In this document: positions 14,509 through 26,814 of the stretch, piece by piece
How the letters are laid out: each line of letters opens with the position of its first letter
Position numbering within the stretch: the first letter of the stretch is position 1
Program-made: the position numbers and the translations under genes
From: Ptychomitrium polyphyllum
Lineage: Eukaryota
NCBI GenBank assembly: GCA_973851085.1
Contig: OZ316775.1
Location: 8,370,001 to 8,434,000 of the forward strand
Direction of reading: 5' to 3'
Length of the DNA stretch: 64,000 nt
Notes under the pieces: generated by a model
What the model was told of the DNA's origin: nothing
The model's database searches: none
What the model saw: the letters and a program-made list of their open reading frames with translations, nothing else

Positions 14509-15458
14509 TTAGTCCTCGTACACACGGCACTCGTCCGTCTCGGGGTTGTCAGCACAGTAGGCCTCTAAGGGGTCGCTGTTAGCTTTCTTACGATCACGCT
14601 GGTTTTTATCCTCAGCGCTGAGCTCTTCAACTTCGTCCCATGCTACGGCGCATGGTGCAGATGTAGGATCATCTTCGCAAGTCTTCTGAGCATTGGCAAT
14701 GCTCTCAGAGATCTAAAAGAAAAAACAAGAGCACGTCAAATACATTTCTCAAAACTCAACACTTCAAAATATCCAGCCAGGGTATGACAACATTCACCAT
14801 GATTCTTGGCATCAAAAGTACACAATACCTAGTAGAATCGATAAAATGGAAGTCTATGTTTAAAGGTATATGTTAAGCAACGATAGCACTAAAAAGCCAA
14901 CCTAACCTTCGAAATCGCTGTTTTAAAGAATAGGTTACCCGAGCATAACATGGCGATTCTGAAGAATTCAATAAACCTCACAACTGCTGATTCGATCTAG
15001 GAAAAGCAGAAAAAAAATACCGGCACGAGCTATTCGTAGGTTTATGCGAATCTCAGGCCATAGATAGAATTTGCAGCAAAACCGATATGCCGGTTTATGA
15101 AACAAAAAGCGGGCGCTCATGTGTCATAACAACGATTCGATCCTTGATAACTCTGACGCCGGTTACAGGTAAACCTTCCAAAGAATAGAACCAAAAGCTG
15201 ACACGCACAGAACGCTTACACTCTCGCGAACATGCAGAGGAGATTCAACGTTCCCACATCTTGCACTATGCAACTCACCTGCTGCTGCAAGTCTCCCTTC
15301 TTGGTTTCGTTAGGCTGAGCCATGGCCACAACGGAAAGACCCCTGTTCACCCTCAAAGGCGCCATCTTGACGCTGGAGAACTTGAACGAGGTCGATGCGG
15401 CCGCTCCCGGAGCAGCAACCAAGGCGACCAAAGTGGAGGCCATGGTGACAGCAGCCAT
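14509..15458 (-). CDS. CP12: Calvin cycle regulatory protein CP12, chloroplast precursor (2 exons)
   Basis: Exon 1 (15279-15458) encodes an Ala/Ser-rich transit peptide. Exon 2 (14509-14712) encodes ISESIANAQKTCEDDPTSAPCAVAWDEVEELSAEDKNQRDRKKANSDPLEAYCADNPETDECRVYED*, with both Cys pairs and the AWDEVEEL motif. Phase-0 GT-AG intron. Confidence 0.95.
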
Positions 15459-15688
15459 TGCGGAAATTCTAGAAACTGGGCTCAAGAGAGAATTAGCAAA
15501 ATGCAGGAACAATAGCTAGAATAGAAGGTGAAGTCGCGCGACGCTCTAGTAGGCGACGGAGCAACGGAGCTCCGAGGATAACGAGAACGAGCGCCAGAAG
15601 CATCGAGCTCATGCAGCCAAGCCTGGCGCGACCCAAGGAAGCAACCCTGCCAGGATGACGGGCAGGCTGCGAAAGTTTCCTTTGTCCC

Positions 15689-15694
15689 CTTATC
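15689..15694 (-). promoter_or_regulatory. I-box-like GATAAG upstream of CP12
   Basis: GATAAG on the coding strand ~230 bp upstream of the ATG. Typical of light-regulated Calvin-cycle promoters, but only a 6-mer. Confidence 0.25.
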
Positions 15695-16876
15695 TGCATT
15701 CGCTTGGCCCTGCGTTGGCCTTGTGACTCCTCGTTCACACGGGGGCTCCTTCCTGAGGCCAGCTTCGGATCAGACTCGTGTTCTGTGGCATTGTGCACAA
15801 CTCATTCTGAAATGACACCTTAAGGATCACTAATTGTTTTTCGGAAAGGGCCATATTACATATCAATTATCTTTAAGATGTTGGAGGTTTAGGATGCTTC
15901 TTCTATTTTTAGCTTGGGCTCTAATGGGTGTTTCATTTATTCTGGAGGTGTTGATGAGTAAGTTAGCACCCATGTGTGTTATTGTCATGCATTCAACGTG
16001 TGATTAAAATTTCTTTATATTTTGATATCTATACAGAATTCATTACAGTTGCAACAAGAGGGAGAATTTTAGCCCAGTTGAATGATAAAAATCAATTAAC
16101 TTAGTCAAGAAGCAAAGTAAAACCAATACCAGCAAGCGAACATAGGCAAGACCGAGCCTACAAAAGTAAAAGCAAAGGCTCTGAAAACAATGAACTGACA
16201 TTGCACGATGACGCTGGGAGGATCCATGAACCTCAAAAGGCAGGAAATTATCATGAGCCATTCCCCGCTCACACTGGAGTGCTGCCAGGGACTTGATCGG
16301 ATCCTAAGATATTTTTCCTCTCACATGGAAGGTTCCGGCTTACAGGTTCTTTGGAACCTCGTATCATTGTACAGTATCTCAGAGTACACTCACATCACAA
16401 AAAACTAGATTACCGGCTACAAAGAAAAGACGATTCCAATTGGACAAGTACTAAAAGTGACTTGTTTCGTGAGAAAGAGTGACGATTTTTTTTTAAAGGA
16501 GCTTAAAAGATTCCTTCCATACAATAATCTATAGCACAGCAACGGATTTAGACCTACAAGCAAACTGAAAACTAGTTGAATGGAGAAAAACATAACAAAT
16601 CTTGACAGCAATTCAAAACCGTTCTTACTAAATCTCACCTCAAGAAACCAACACCTAAGCTTGGTTACCACTCGTCTAAGAAGAACAGTCAGATGGACAT
16701 ATTAATATGCCCTCTGGAACATAGGAAATTTCCTAAATCTTTCTTACAACATCATAGAATATGAATTGCAGTATTCCTAAGGTAACCTAATACAGTAAGG
16801 GCACCTTTCCAGCAGTATGCTTTGGAGCCAGTATACTCGAGGTTGTTGTCTGAGACCCAGCTCTGGATGAAACCCG

Positions 16877-19800
16877 TTACAAGAATTTCTTTGAGTCCAG
16901 TTCTTCAGAGCCATTACTGCCTCGACTACTATCCAAATATACTTTGATTGTCCAAGTAGATAAAAACAAGACAAGAGCAGCGGACACTGTTGTCCAGAAC
17001 CAGAATACAAATCCTGGCATTGGCTTGGGATATAGACCTGAAAGCACATGAAAAAAGTACGAGTCCGTAAATAGAGCTCGATAATAAAAACTCTTCAAGA
17101 TGAAGACCTTGATTCTCCGCGTCATTTAGCAGGAAACCTGCAGAACTGGTCGACCCACCTAACAGTAATATAGGTATCCATATTATTCGACCAAAATAGC
17201 CAAGAAGTGTAAGCATTTAACCTCAATGTTAATAAAATATTCAAAAAAGCAATCCTTACCTTGACCAAATTTTATACAAATGAGAGTCTCCACAATTGCA
17301 ATTGCAACAGCCAGCCAACAAAATGCTCCTAGCTTCTTAATAGGTTTCCTGAGATGCACAAAGAAAGGACCCAACAACATTTTGTTTAAGAAATGAACTA
17401 GTCTAAGAAAAACACCCAATAACAAAAACATAATATAATAAGGCAACTTATGTAATGTGTGCTTTTAAATTACAAGCTCGTTAGAGCATCTCCAAACTAA
17501 GTCCATAACATGGCCTATATCTATATTTTACAAGTAGAATGCTCCAATTTTCAAAATAGAATCTCCACTGCATCCATAATTCTATCATAAACTAATAGTA
17601 ACAAATCGAGTACTTAAATGAGTTTTGGAATGTAGGATGGAGATTTTTATTGCAAAAGCTGCACCTTAGAATGTGAATGCATTGTTCACCGCTACAGAGT
17701 ACAAAAAACATTTGGTTTACTTTTCAGTTTGCGGTGAAGGATTGGAGATGCTCTTACTACAAGTCTACTTTCTCGCTTGAGCTTTCTGTAGAACCATCAC
17801 CAAATCATATTGACAGCCCATCCATGTCTAACTCTTCGTGATATGATAAGCGGAAGTTATTGGTTCATCAGAAGAAAGAAACAATAAAAATCATAGATCA
17901 ACGAAACAAGAAAGCTACAGCCCTTTTCGGCAATCATCAAACATCGAGTGCAAGGACAATAACAACTCACCTTGTCTGCAGAAAAGTGTTGAACTCTCGG
18001 ATTGCAGGATTTGCAATTAGCCACCAAATTATCAGCCGATACGTGTTGAGTGGATTCAATGGAGGTATCCATAGACAGAATTTGAGGAAAAACGCATTCA
18101 CCTCAACTGTCAAGACTAGAACTGCCAAGGTCAAAACCTGAACGAACCGGAAAGGACCCTGAAATGGATTCCACTCGTCTTTATCCCAGTAGGCCGGAGT
18201 AAATTGCCCAAGAGATCTCCTAACCTGTAACCTCCAACGGCATCAGGGTTAATTTTGTCGGGTTACGTTTCCCTGTGAATAGATACTGAGATTGTATAAG
18301 AAACAACATCCATATTCTACTATGTCTGAAGAAAGGTCCCTAAGAGAAATATACGAAGCAAGTGCTAACAATTACAAGAGAATTAAGATAATAAGGTTTG
18401 TTGTCATACTCTGGAACTTGAAATCATTGACATACAACAAAGTAGGAACATAAAGAGTTTGTTCTAACAGACCCATTCTTCTTTACCTTGCAGATACATG
18501 ATATAAGTAAAGTAGAATGAGATGGAAGGACAAATGCCTACCTTACCGAGAATAGACGTTTGTCGACTTAGACCAACCCAAGCATAAGTTTTACCATCAA
18601 AATACTTTACTGTCTTCATCCCAGCCCAAATTCCTGTAAATTTCAACATTATACCGATATTATACTGACATTTTATGAAAAACGCTCAAAAAATCATCAA
18701 ACCTAACTACCTCAAAGGAAACGCAAATATCATCTTGTTTCAGAAGAGAACCACGACGCCTACCAATCCAGTTGCAGCAGAAAACATCAAGAATAATACT
18801 ATCCCACCAACACTCGTTGAAGTTCGGAAGCATCTGGTTAAAAGTTACCTATAAATGATCAGAAACATATTCCAAGTCAATCTCAAAGCCTTGTATCTAG
18901 CACTAATTTAGTTAGTATCGTAACAACTAAAATGAGATTCTTACTACTAAATCGAGCCTTCTACTTGTCTTTTAATACAAGTTTGTTGATAAAACACCAA
19001 GTTCCTAAAAAGGCTCAAAGTAATGGCTCCCTTCATAATAAGGTGCAACGCCTATTTTTCTTAACAATTAACAGGGTGCAAGTGACGAATAGGTGAAAGA
19101 AAAGGTAAAATTACTTCTGCCATCTCGAATCCAATAGACAGGGTCCACAGGAGAGGTAGATTACGGATCATGATGGCCTTCCCCCACCATCCTAATGTGT
19201 GCGCTATCACAAACTCATCAAACAACGTATCCTGCGGTGCAAAAGTGATATAGAAACGTGTTTAAAAACCATGAATATCATATCCAATATCAGCTGCAAG
19301 GAAACGTTAATTGACAGTTTCACCTACAATCATAAACACAAAATAACAGAATTAGCAAATCCGCAGCAACCAAGCTTTAGGGCTGGCAAGGAAGAAAATA
19401 TTACAAAACTAAGGCTTCTTGCGTCCAAAGCTTTACTATTCAGACAAACCGTCGTTTGGCTGACTGAAGAGAAGATGACTTGCTGGTACTCACATAAATA
19501 TTAGAAAACCTGTTGGATTTTTCTGGGGTATACATTCGACAATCTGCTCCGTACGATCTCTCATTTAACTCTGGCAGCGATACAGACAATGTGGTAGGAT
19601 TGCTGTTAGAGATAAGCATAGTCTCGCATATTCTTTGCTGGTTTAAAAGGGTGAGACGAAATTGAACTCAACCGTTCGGAAAAAAGGTACTCTACGCCAA
19701 CATACAAGAGTATCCACCCAGTCAAAACTCTGTCGATCCCTCTCTGCTTAGCTGAGAAGCTCCACAAAAGTCTATTCATAAAGCAGGAACATGGGTAATT

Positions 19801-21481
19801 ATCATTATAAACAATCAATTTCAATTAATAAGAACCAGTCTCAGAAAGAAGTTATATGCTAAACAAAACAATTTCTGTTTACCAATACATAGTAATGTCA
19901 AGGGGTATATCATGATGAATACCAACACCAAGATCAGGATGCAGATACTTCAAAAAACGTCGTGCATCATCCCGCTTCTGGACCACATAAAAGTAAATGA
20001 CTAAATGTGATCTCACATACCTCAACTTTGTTTAGCACAAAAGTTTTAGCATAGCTGAGGTAATGAGTTCTCTATTTGCAGTCAATTGCTGACAGCATCA
20101 CAGATTACCAATTCAAAAATAAGCAGCCTACCCACGATACCCAGATATTACGTCAAATAATAACCTTAGAAGACAGTGCTGCTATGCAAACAGACAAAAT
20201 AGCACTTTTAAGGTGAAGAGGACTCTAATGACATTTCTGAAAGAACAGAAACCCACACTGAATATACTTCAAGTTGCAATATGGCAACATGGGACCTTAA
20301 AGTTGGAGTGTCTATTGAAAAGCAGACCTGGAAGAGCAGAAAGGTGAGGAACACAAGATAGACTACTGCAATTCCGTGAATAAATCGCCAAAATGCAGGG
20401 TGTGGTCTTATCAAGATCCTGTTCAGAACAAAATCAAAACCAATCCTTATATGAGTCAAGAGCTAACCAAGAAGGATTAAATCTTGCCACTATCAAGTCT
20501 GTAAGTTGGTGCCACACGCCAATAGGCGATTATAAAATGCCATAATACGCAATATCTCGCTTACGTGGATGGAGCTTGCAGCAAACAGTAGCCCAAGAAA
20601 ACCGCAATTGTTGCCCAAACACCCCTGTACAGATAGTATCCGTTAGACCTGAATTCTGATCACTAAAACAGCACCGTCCTCAGATTGTCCTAAACATAAG
20701 AGTATGTCGAAAACAACAGGCCTATGCTAATTGGAATTCGGCTTAAAAACAAAAAAGGCAGATAATAACCGTTTAGTGTTGGTCACTGTATCCGAATCAC
20801 GCTCTTCTGACTGAAGGGCACCACTTGCCCATCTGCATATTATACAGCGCACGCACACTCAAATATTATTCATTCTTCTACACATGCAATCACCATGTCC
20901 TTCACAGCCATGCAACCACAATAAGGCCAAGAAGAGAAAGAGAACACCTCATGCAAATAAATATCTACAATTAGGGGGTGAGAATATCTACACTCCACTG
21001 ACGAAGGCCAAAAGATGGAACTTATCAAAATGGAATATTATGTAGCATCCGCAGCCAGTTTAATGACTTGTAAAACCAGGATCTCCTTCATCCTTGTGAG
21101 AATACATGCTAACATCAACGGCTGAGGAAATTGACAAAGATTTTTACAATTAACATAATGACGGCGTTTCTTAAGATTAGCGATCGTTTCTTAAGTTTTC
21201 ACTAAGGGGCAGAAGCTGTACACAAGAAGGCATGCTCCAACAATAAGAACCGTGACTGTATGGGGTTTGTAGAACCAAGCTGTCCAGGGATCCAGATCTC
21301 TCATGATGCTCCACGCCTTGGATTCACTGTCCTCCCTCACTACCCTGTTTCCACTCCTGGAAATAATCGACCCATCCGCGTCCCTCCAATCATTGTCTCC
21401 ACCATCATGTTCCAATGGAGAGTTTTCGACGTAGCAGCCGCTTGAATCCTCAGCCTCAGAGAAACTGATTTCTCTACCCAT
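16877..21481 (-). CDS. PSS1: Base-exchange-type phosphatidylserine synthase (PSS family), ~12 coding exons
   Basis: Exons read by hand: [160 protein letters not shown]. All have GT-AG junctions; TAA at 16877-16879. Confidence 0.93.
17484..17753. mobile_element. Tourist-like (PIF/Harbinger) MITE in a PSS intron
   Basis: Perfect 12-bp terminal inverted repeats GAGCATCTCCAA (17484-17495) / TTGGAGATGCTC (17742-17753), flanked by TTA on both sides (17481-17483, 17754-17756). 270 bp, with an imperfect internal inverted repeat. Confidence 0.88.
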
Positions 21482-22656
21482 CCCGTGTTGCTGTCATAAA
21501 CACGTCTTTCGCAAACAACAGCTACAATGCAAACCAAAAAACCACATTCCTAAGAATTCCATGCCAACAGAGCCCTTTTGCTTCCGGATTTCCATTAGAG
21601 TCCAACACCATAATTTTCTCCCTTTACAATAACTTCTAAGGCAGCTGAGCTATGACCACGGAGAGCTGAAATCGACAGCAATAAGACCCACATCCTCACC
21701 ACAATCCGCACTTTTGCTTCCAAGCGGCACAATGAGATGTTTTCACCCCAGAGCACTCCTGGAGAGCAGATCTCGAGAATCTTCTACCCACATCACAAAC
21801 AAAAACTTGAAAATACAATCTCATGCAAAGAAAGGAAACCTCTTCAAATCCTCTAAACCCTTGATTCCAGAATACCAAACCCATGCACATCATGAACTTT
21901 CCAAAAACCATAGCTCCAATCCATCACGAATAAGTCATCAAAACCCAAGAGAACAAAAAACGAAACCCGACACGTTGTGCAGTTCACCTAACAAAGCCCA
22001 TCCTGATATCACTTCACCAACCTCACCTCCTCAGAAGAAAACCTTAAAACCCGTGAACCACTCCAAATCCATTCCACTCCTCCCCACCCAAACCACCGAT
22101 CACCAATTGGGTACTCCCAACCACAATGTACACCTCACCCACTCCTGTCAAAAGAACCTCAATCCCAAACTGCCTGTCCTATCTCATCCTCACCCACATC
22201 GACACACGAAGCGTCACCATGGTAAAAAGCCCGCTACTTGAACCTGAGCTACCACAGCAAAAGATGAGAAATTTTGCAACTGCACTGGCGACAGAACGTC
22301 GAACTTACAACAAGAAGAAAGACGGGATCTGAGGCTATCGACAGCTGGGGCAGATGAGGCAACTTGAGCAGACTGCAAGACTGCAGAGACTTTGCACTTA
22401 GAAGCGACGACACCATGGGTCCAAGCACAGCATGCTCTTCAGTGCCATGAATGCAGCTGCTCTTGGTAGTTGGTTGCTCTGTCTCTCCCCTATCATGCGA
22501 CACCACGCCCCTGCCACCTCAGCTCACGAGGCTGGCACGATGTAAATTGGCGCTAGAGATTCCCCTGCCAGTGTGGCAAGAGGGGTTGCTCAAATGGATC
22601 AAGAACTGGACATCCACTGGAGTGCCAAGTAAAAATTCACAACTACACTAATGACT

Positions 22657-23068
22657 CATACTTTACTTGCGCTAGTTTAAGTACACTAACTCAATTATAC
22701 TGATGACTCACACTTTCACTAACGGGTTTTTCTGTTTTGTTTGGTGTTTTGGTCACTCAAAAGGTTCCACTGTGGAGCAACTGAGAGGCCCAAGCCTGTA
22801 GCAAGAAAATTTTACTACCAAGTTTAATTCCAGTACACAGGATTGAGGGTCGTTTTCCCATGTGCCAGTTTTGTTGGCACTGTGGTGGTCTAGGAGTTGA
22901 GAATTGTGTTTCCATTCGAATATGTAAGGGTAGACTGCTACACTGGTTGATGCGATTATTGAGAGTTACAGTAATTCTGAAAGTCTAATGGTAACTGGTA
23001 ATTGTAACAGAGTGTGAGTCATTAGTATAATTGTGTTAGTGTAAGTGTACCAGTGTAAGTAAAGTATG
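22657..23068. repeat. Imperfect ~58-bp inverted repeat (possible old MITE/foldback) upstream of PSS
   Basis: 22657-22714 (CATACTTTACTT...TACACTAACTCAATTATACTGATGACTCACACT) is a reverse-complement match, roughly 80% by eye, to 23011-23068. No TSD found. Confidence 0.6.
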
Positions 23069-23544
23069 GTCCATATTAATCTTGTAGCTATTTTACTAGA
23101 GTAATGTATCATATTATGTTTTCAAAACAACGAGGGCAGTCTCTACTGGGATTAGTATGAGGATTGGAGAAAAATCTCACGGTTACGCTCTACTGGTGTA
23201 ATAGGTGGGAGGAAGGAGAGGAGATAGAGTGGCTAGGCTATTATACCATTCTTTCCATTCTGCCTGACTCAAAACATTTTGATTTGTAACGTTATAATAG
23301 TAGAACATGGTTAAGAAACTATTTTGTTTTATTTTATTTTTGATTTTTTTGTTTGTTATTTTTTTTGTTTTTGAGAAAAATGCAGAAAATGGGTCACTTA
23401 GCTTGGGTGCGGATATGAAGTGGGCTGGAGAGTCTCAAGATGGTTGCGCCATGTTCATTCTGGAAGGAGAGGGTTGTGTTATTAGAGGAAGAGTGTTTAA
23501 TAATTATGATCCATTGAAGAGTAGACGGCGAAAATTTCCTATCA

Positions 23545-24343
23545 TGTTTCGTCGACATGCTTCTGCAGAAGCCACTAAAAGATGGAGAGATGCTTCCCGA
23601 CCAAAACCTGAGTTTACTTATTACTCGCAGTAAGTAGGAAGAAGTGAACGTTGATGGTGAATTAAGGCTATGAGTTTCGAATGCTCTATTCATAGGATCC
23701 ATGTTTGAGGACTCCGTTCCTGATGTTTAGGATATGTGGAATGGCGGAACAGAGACGATTACAACAGTGGTGGAGTGAGGGTTGGCAGAACTCAAGCTGA
23801 AATCGGAGCACATGGAGCGTCTTCAGTTGGAGCCCGACACCATGGTGGGCACTGCACAGGTAGTGCAAGAATCCGACATGTCCAACCCATTCGTTCAAGT
23901 CGTCGTCAAGGAAACCTTTCGTCTCTACCAGTCACCAAGTTTGAGTATTCTTCGTGACGTAAGCCAAGCATTTGGGTTCGAGACTACCGAAGCAGAGCAG
24001 GTTGACCCTCAACTTCAGCAGCAACCCAAGCGTTTGTTCTTCGCCCAGCAAATTTAAACCGGAGCAATTCGTGGACAGTCCGGAGGTGGATCGTCTCTCA
24101 GGGTTTGACTTTTACGAGCTTACTCTGTTTTTGATAGGGCGTAGCATGCGCCCGGCGTACAACTTGGGAACGATGACGGTGAGATCATTGCTGGCGCACC
24201 CCCTGCACAGCTTCGATTGGTCGATGCCCGAGGGTTAAGGCAGGGACGCACTAGACATGACGGAGCAATGAGGTGTAGCTGTAGACATGAAATCGCCACT
24301 TCGGTTGGTTGCAACCCCTCGAACTTCTTGTTTCCTGTATTGA
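23545..24343 (+). pseudogene. 5'-truncated cytochrome P450 (clan 71-type) pseudogene
   Basis: FVDMLLQ.. exon, GT-AG intron, then DMWNGGTETITTVVE*GLAEL (I-helix, W>stop), KETFRL (ExxR), a frameshift, FKPEQF (PERF), LFLIGRSMRPA (heme FxxGxRxCxG with Cys lost) and LDMTEQ*G..PLRLVATPR..LY*. Confidence 0.88.
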
Positions 24344-24743
24344 TTCAATAAAAAATACACCGAACCCAGTATCATGTGTAGAAACAATGCCGAAAAAGTA
24401 AACCACTTTATCCACAAGAGCCATGTATTATTGAGTTGACCACAACAGATATAGCGTTGATTCTGATTGTACACGAAACCTATACCCGTTATGCTGAATC
24501 TCTTTTTAGTTATGTCAAAATCATCATCACATGATGTAGTATCCTACCACAGTTGTACCTTTCCTCTATTGCTATGAATCATCCCCGATCTCAATTTGCT
24601 GGAGATAGAATCCTAAACAAAAACACACAAATTGGTTGAATGGGGTGTTAACACCCCCAGAGTGGTACTGGTACAGAAAGGAGACCAAAGCGTCTGGAAA
24701 ACTGGTGCTCTTCGTCCACCGGAGTAAAATAAACATACTCAAT

Positions 24744-26814
24744 TTACCAAGAGTTTTCTTCAAGAATTCGCTTCACAGAGTAATAGGTGCCAACAACCCC
24801 GGCCAAAAAGCCAAGGGATATTATGAGTAGAATCAAGAATACCTCTCGTCTTAGCAGCCGCCCCCGATAGATCCTCAAATAGCATATGCAAGGGATATGG
24901 ACGGATACAGCCACACTGAGAAATGAGCCAATGAATGCCATGAGCAGGCCGAAAAACGGAACTGCGAGGGCCACAACGATTGTGCTCATAACCAGGAAGG
25001 TCCTCAGAATCGTACCTCCCAAGATTGCACCCTTTCTCGAGTTTGTCATGGAATGAGGCAGAAACTCTTCCAACGCAACTGCAAGCGGCATCAATGTGAG
25101 GGCGTACTTCGCGAAAGGGCTAATAAGCGTAATCCAGATAGCGAATCTTGAAGCTGGCAGCTCCCTTGGTAAGTTGAGAGTGATTTGAGATTGTATTTCG
25201 TCGCCGAACATGGTGTAACCCATGATGGCTATTCCTCCATACATGAAGGTGCAGAGGACAAAACAAATTACCAACACCTGGGCCAATAAGCACAGATACC
25301 AGATATCAATTCCAAGAAACATCCAAACTTCAGGGTCCAACACAGTGCTGAAAATGACAATCCTTGGCATAAGGGAGAGATCCCTTTCGTCCAGTTTTAC
25401 TATAAGACAGTCTCATTATTTCATGGACATAGAAGCAAGAGAGACAAATTCAGAAGTTTAGATTACTCACGTATGCGAATTGTTTGCGATCCTGCATGGA
25501 ACTGTAGATACTTGGAAAAACGGAGTGTCCACAATAGCAGAAAGAGAAGAGACCAATTGCCACGGGCAGCCCGTCCAAATGTACCAGGGAGCCTCGATGA
25601 TGGAACCCAACGCCGTCGAGTACACCGATCCAACCAACTGATAAAACTACGAACAGTGATGCAAAGACTCCCCCAGCAGAGACATAAGACAAGAAACGCA
25701 GATCGCGTAGCAAGACAGTCGGCAACATGCACAGGGCAGCGCACACTGCAAAGACTTCTTGGGGTCCAAAGTATGTGTTCCCAATCGTAAGGCTGACATT
25801 TGGAAAGAGCTGAGCCAGATTGTCACCTTCCAAAATCAAAAATTCTATAGAAACGGCATACAGCTCAAGGTACAACATGATAGATATGATCCACCGTCCC
25901 CACTTGCCAAAGGAGGCCTCTCCAATGTCAGGGAAGCTGCTGATAAATGGGTCAGAGTCCAAGCACTGACGAAGTAGAAGTCCAGTGTAGCACATGACGA
26001 TAGCAAATATCAGAAGAAACCCGAGGCCTATCCAGCCACCGTTGGCAGTAGCATAAGGAGTTGACAGAATCCCCACACCTGCAGATAGACCAGTGTAAGG
26101 AACCACACAAGACTAAGAAGAAGTAATTACAAAGAACAGCTACATAGAAATTCTAGATCGATTCAAAAGATTCACATATACAATCTGTCAATCCAATTTA
26201 GCAACACCTCAACATCTCTGAGAAGTGGGTGGTCAATCATTGCCTTGAAATCAGTGATAGAAATTGCAACTCTTTGACTTCTACAAATCGAAATTAGATT
26301 TGTGTGATGAAATGGAGAAGGGGGTCTAAGGAGTACCTGCAAGGATATTCATCCCATTAAATAAAGCCTGAAGAAAGGAACTTCCTTGCACATGTTCATC
26401 GTCATTCTGAAATCCAGATTCCTTTGAGCTGGGACTTTGAAACTTGCTAGAATCGTCTGCTGTTCGATATTTTTCAGCATTTTCTAAATCGAAGCGTCCA
26501 GAATCTTGGAGTAATGGCTCCCTCAGATTTTTTCCTGCCTTGTCCTGTGCATCAGCAAACTGGTCACTCAAACTAGGTTCAAGCCCATTAATAATGTTCT
26601 CAGCTTGGAGGGACCGATTCCGTCGAGAAGTTGAACGCGAGTAGACTTCCATAGTTCGTCCATAACTCTGTGGCCAATGAGGGGAAGCATTGAAGGACGG
26701 GGAGGTGCATCTTTCAAGGGCGGGGCTGGGGGTGATGGCACGTGGAGCTGATTGCGATCGACTCTGAATGATTCCATCGTCGTCGACATACTCTGACTTG
26801 AATTCCTGCCCCAT
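24744..26814 (-). CDS. AVT1-like vacuolar amino-acid transporter (AAAP/Aa_trans family), ~539 aa, 3 coding exons
   Basis: Exons 26337-26814, 25471-26078 and 24744-25277 are phase-consistent. Motifs WPQSY, SSFLQALFNGMNILAGVGILSTPYA, FCYCGHSVFPSIY, GYTMFG..SQITLNLP, VPFFGLLMAFIGSFLS; many hydrophobic segments. Confidence 0.92.

Noticed and set aside
18764..18848. [12 protein letters not shown] instead of the recalled TFRHMLPNF as loss of function
   Set aside because: The residues I recall as catalytically important (His in AH, FExxE, PN, EC, WWD, D, CN) are all present and the gene model is intact.
21714..22241. 175-aa plus-strand ORF
   Set aside because: Low-complexity antisense of the probable PSS 5'-UTR intron; starts at TTG.
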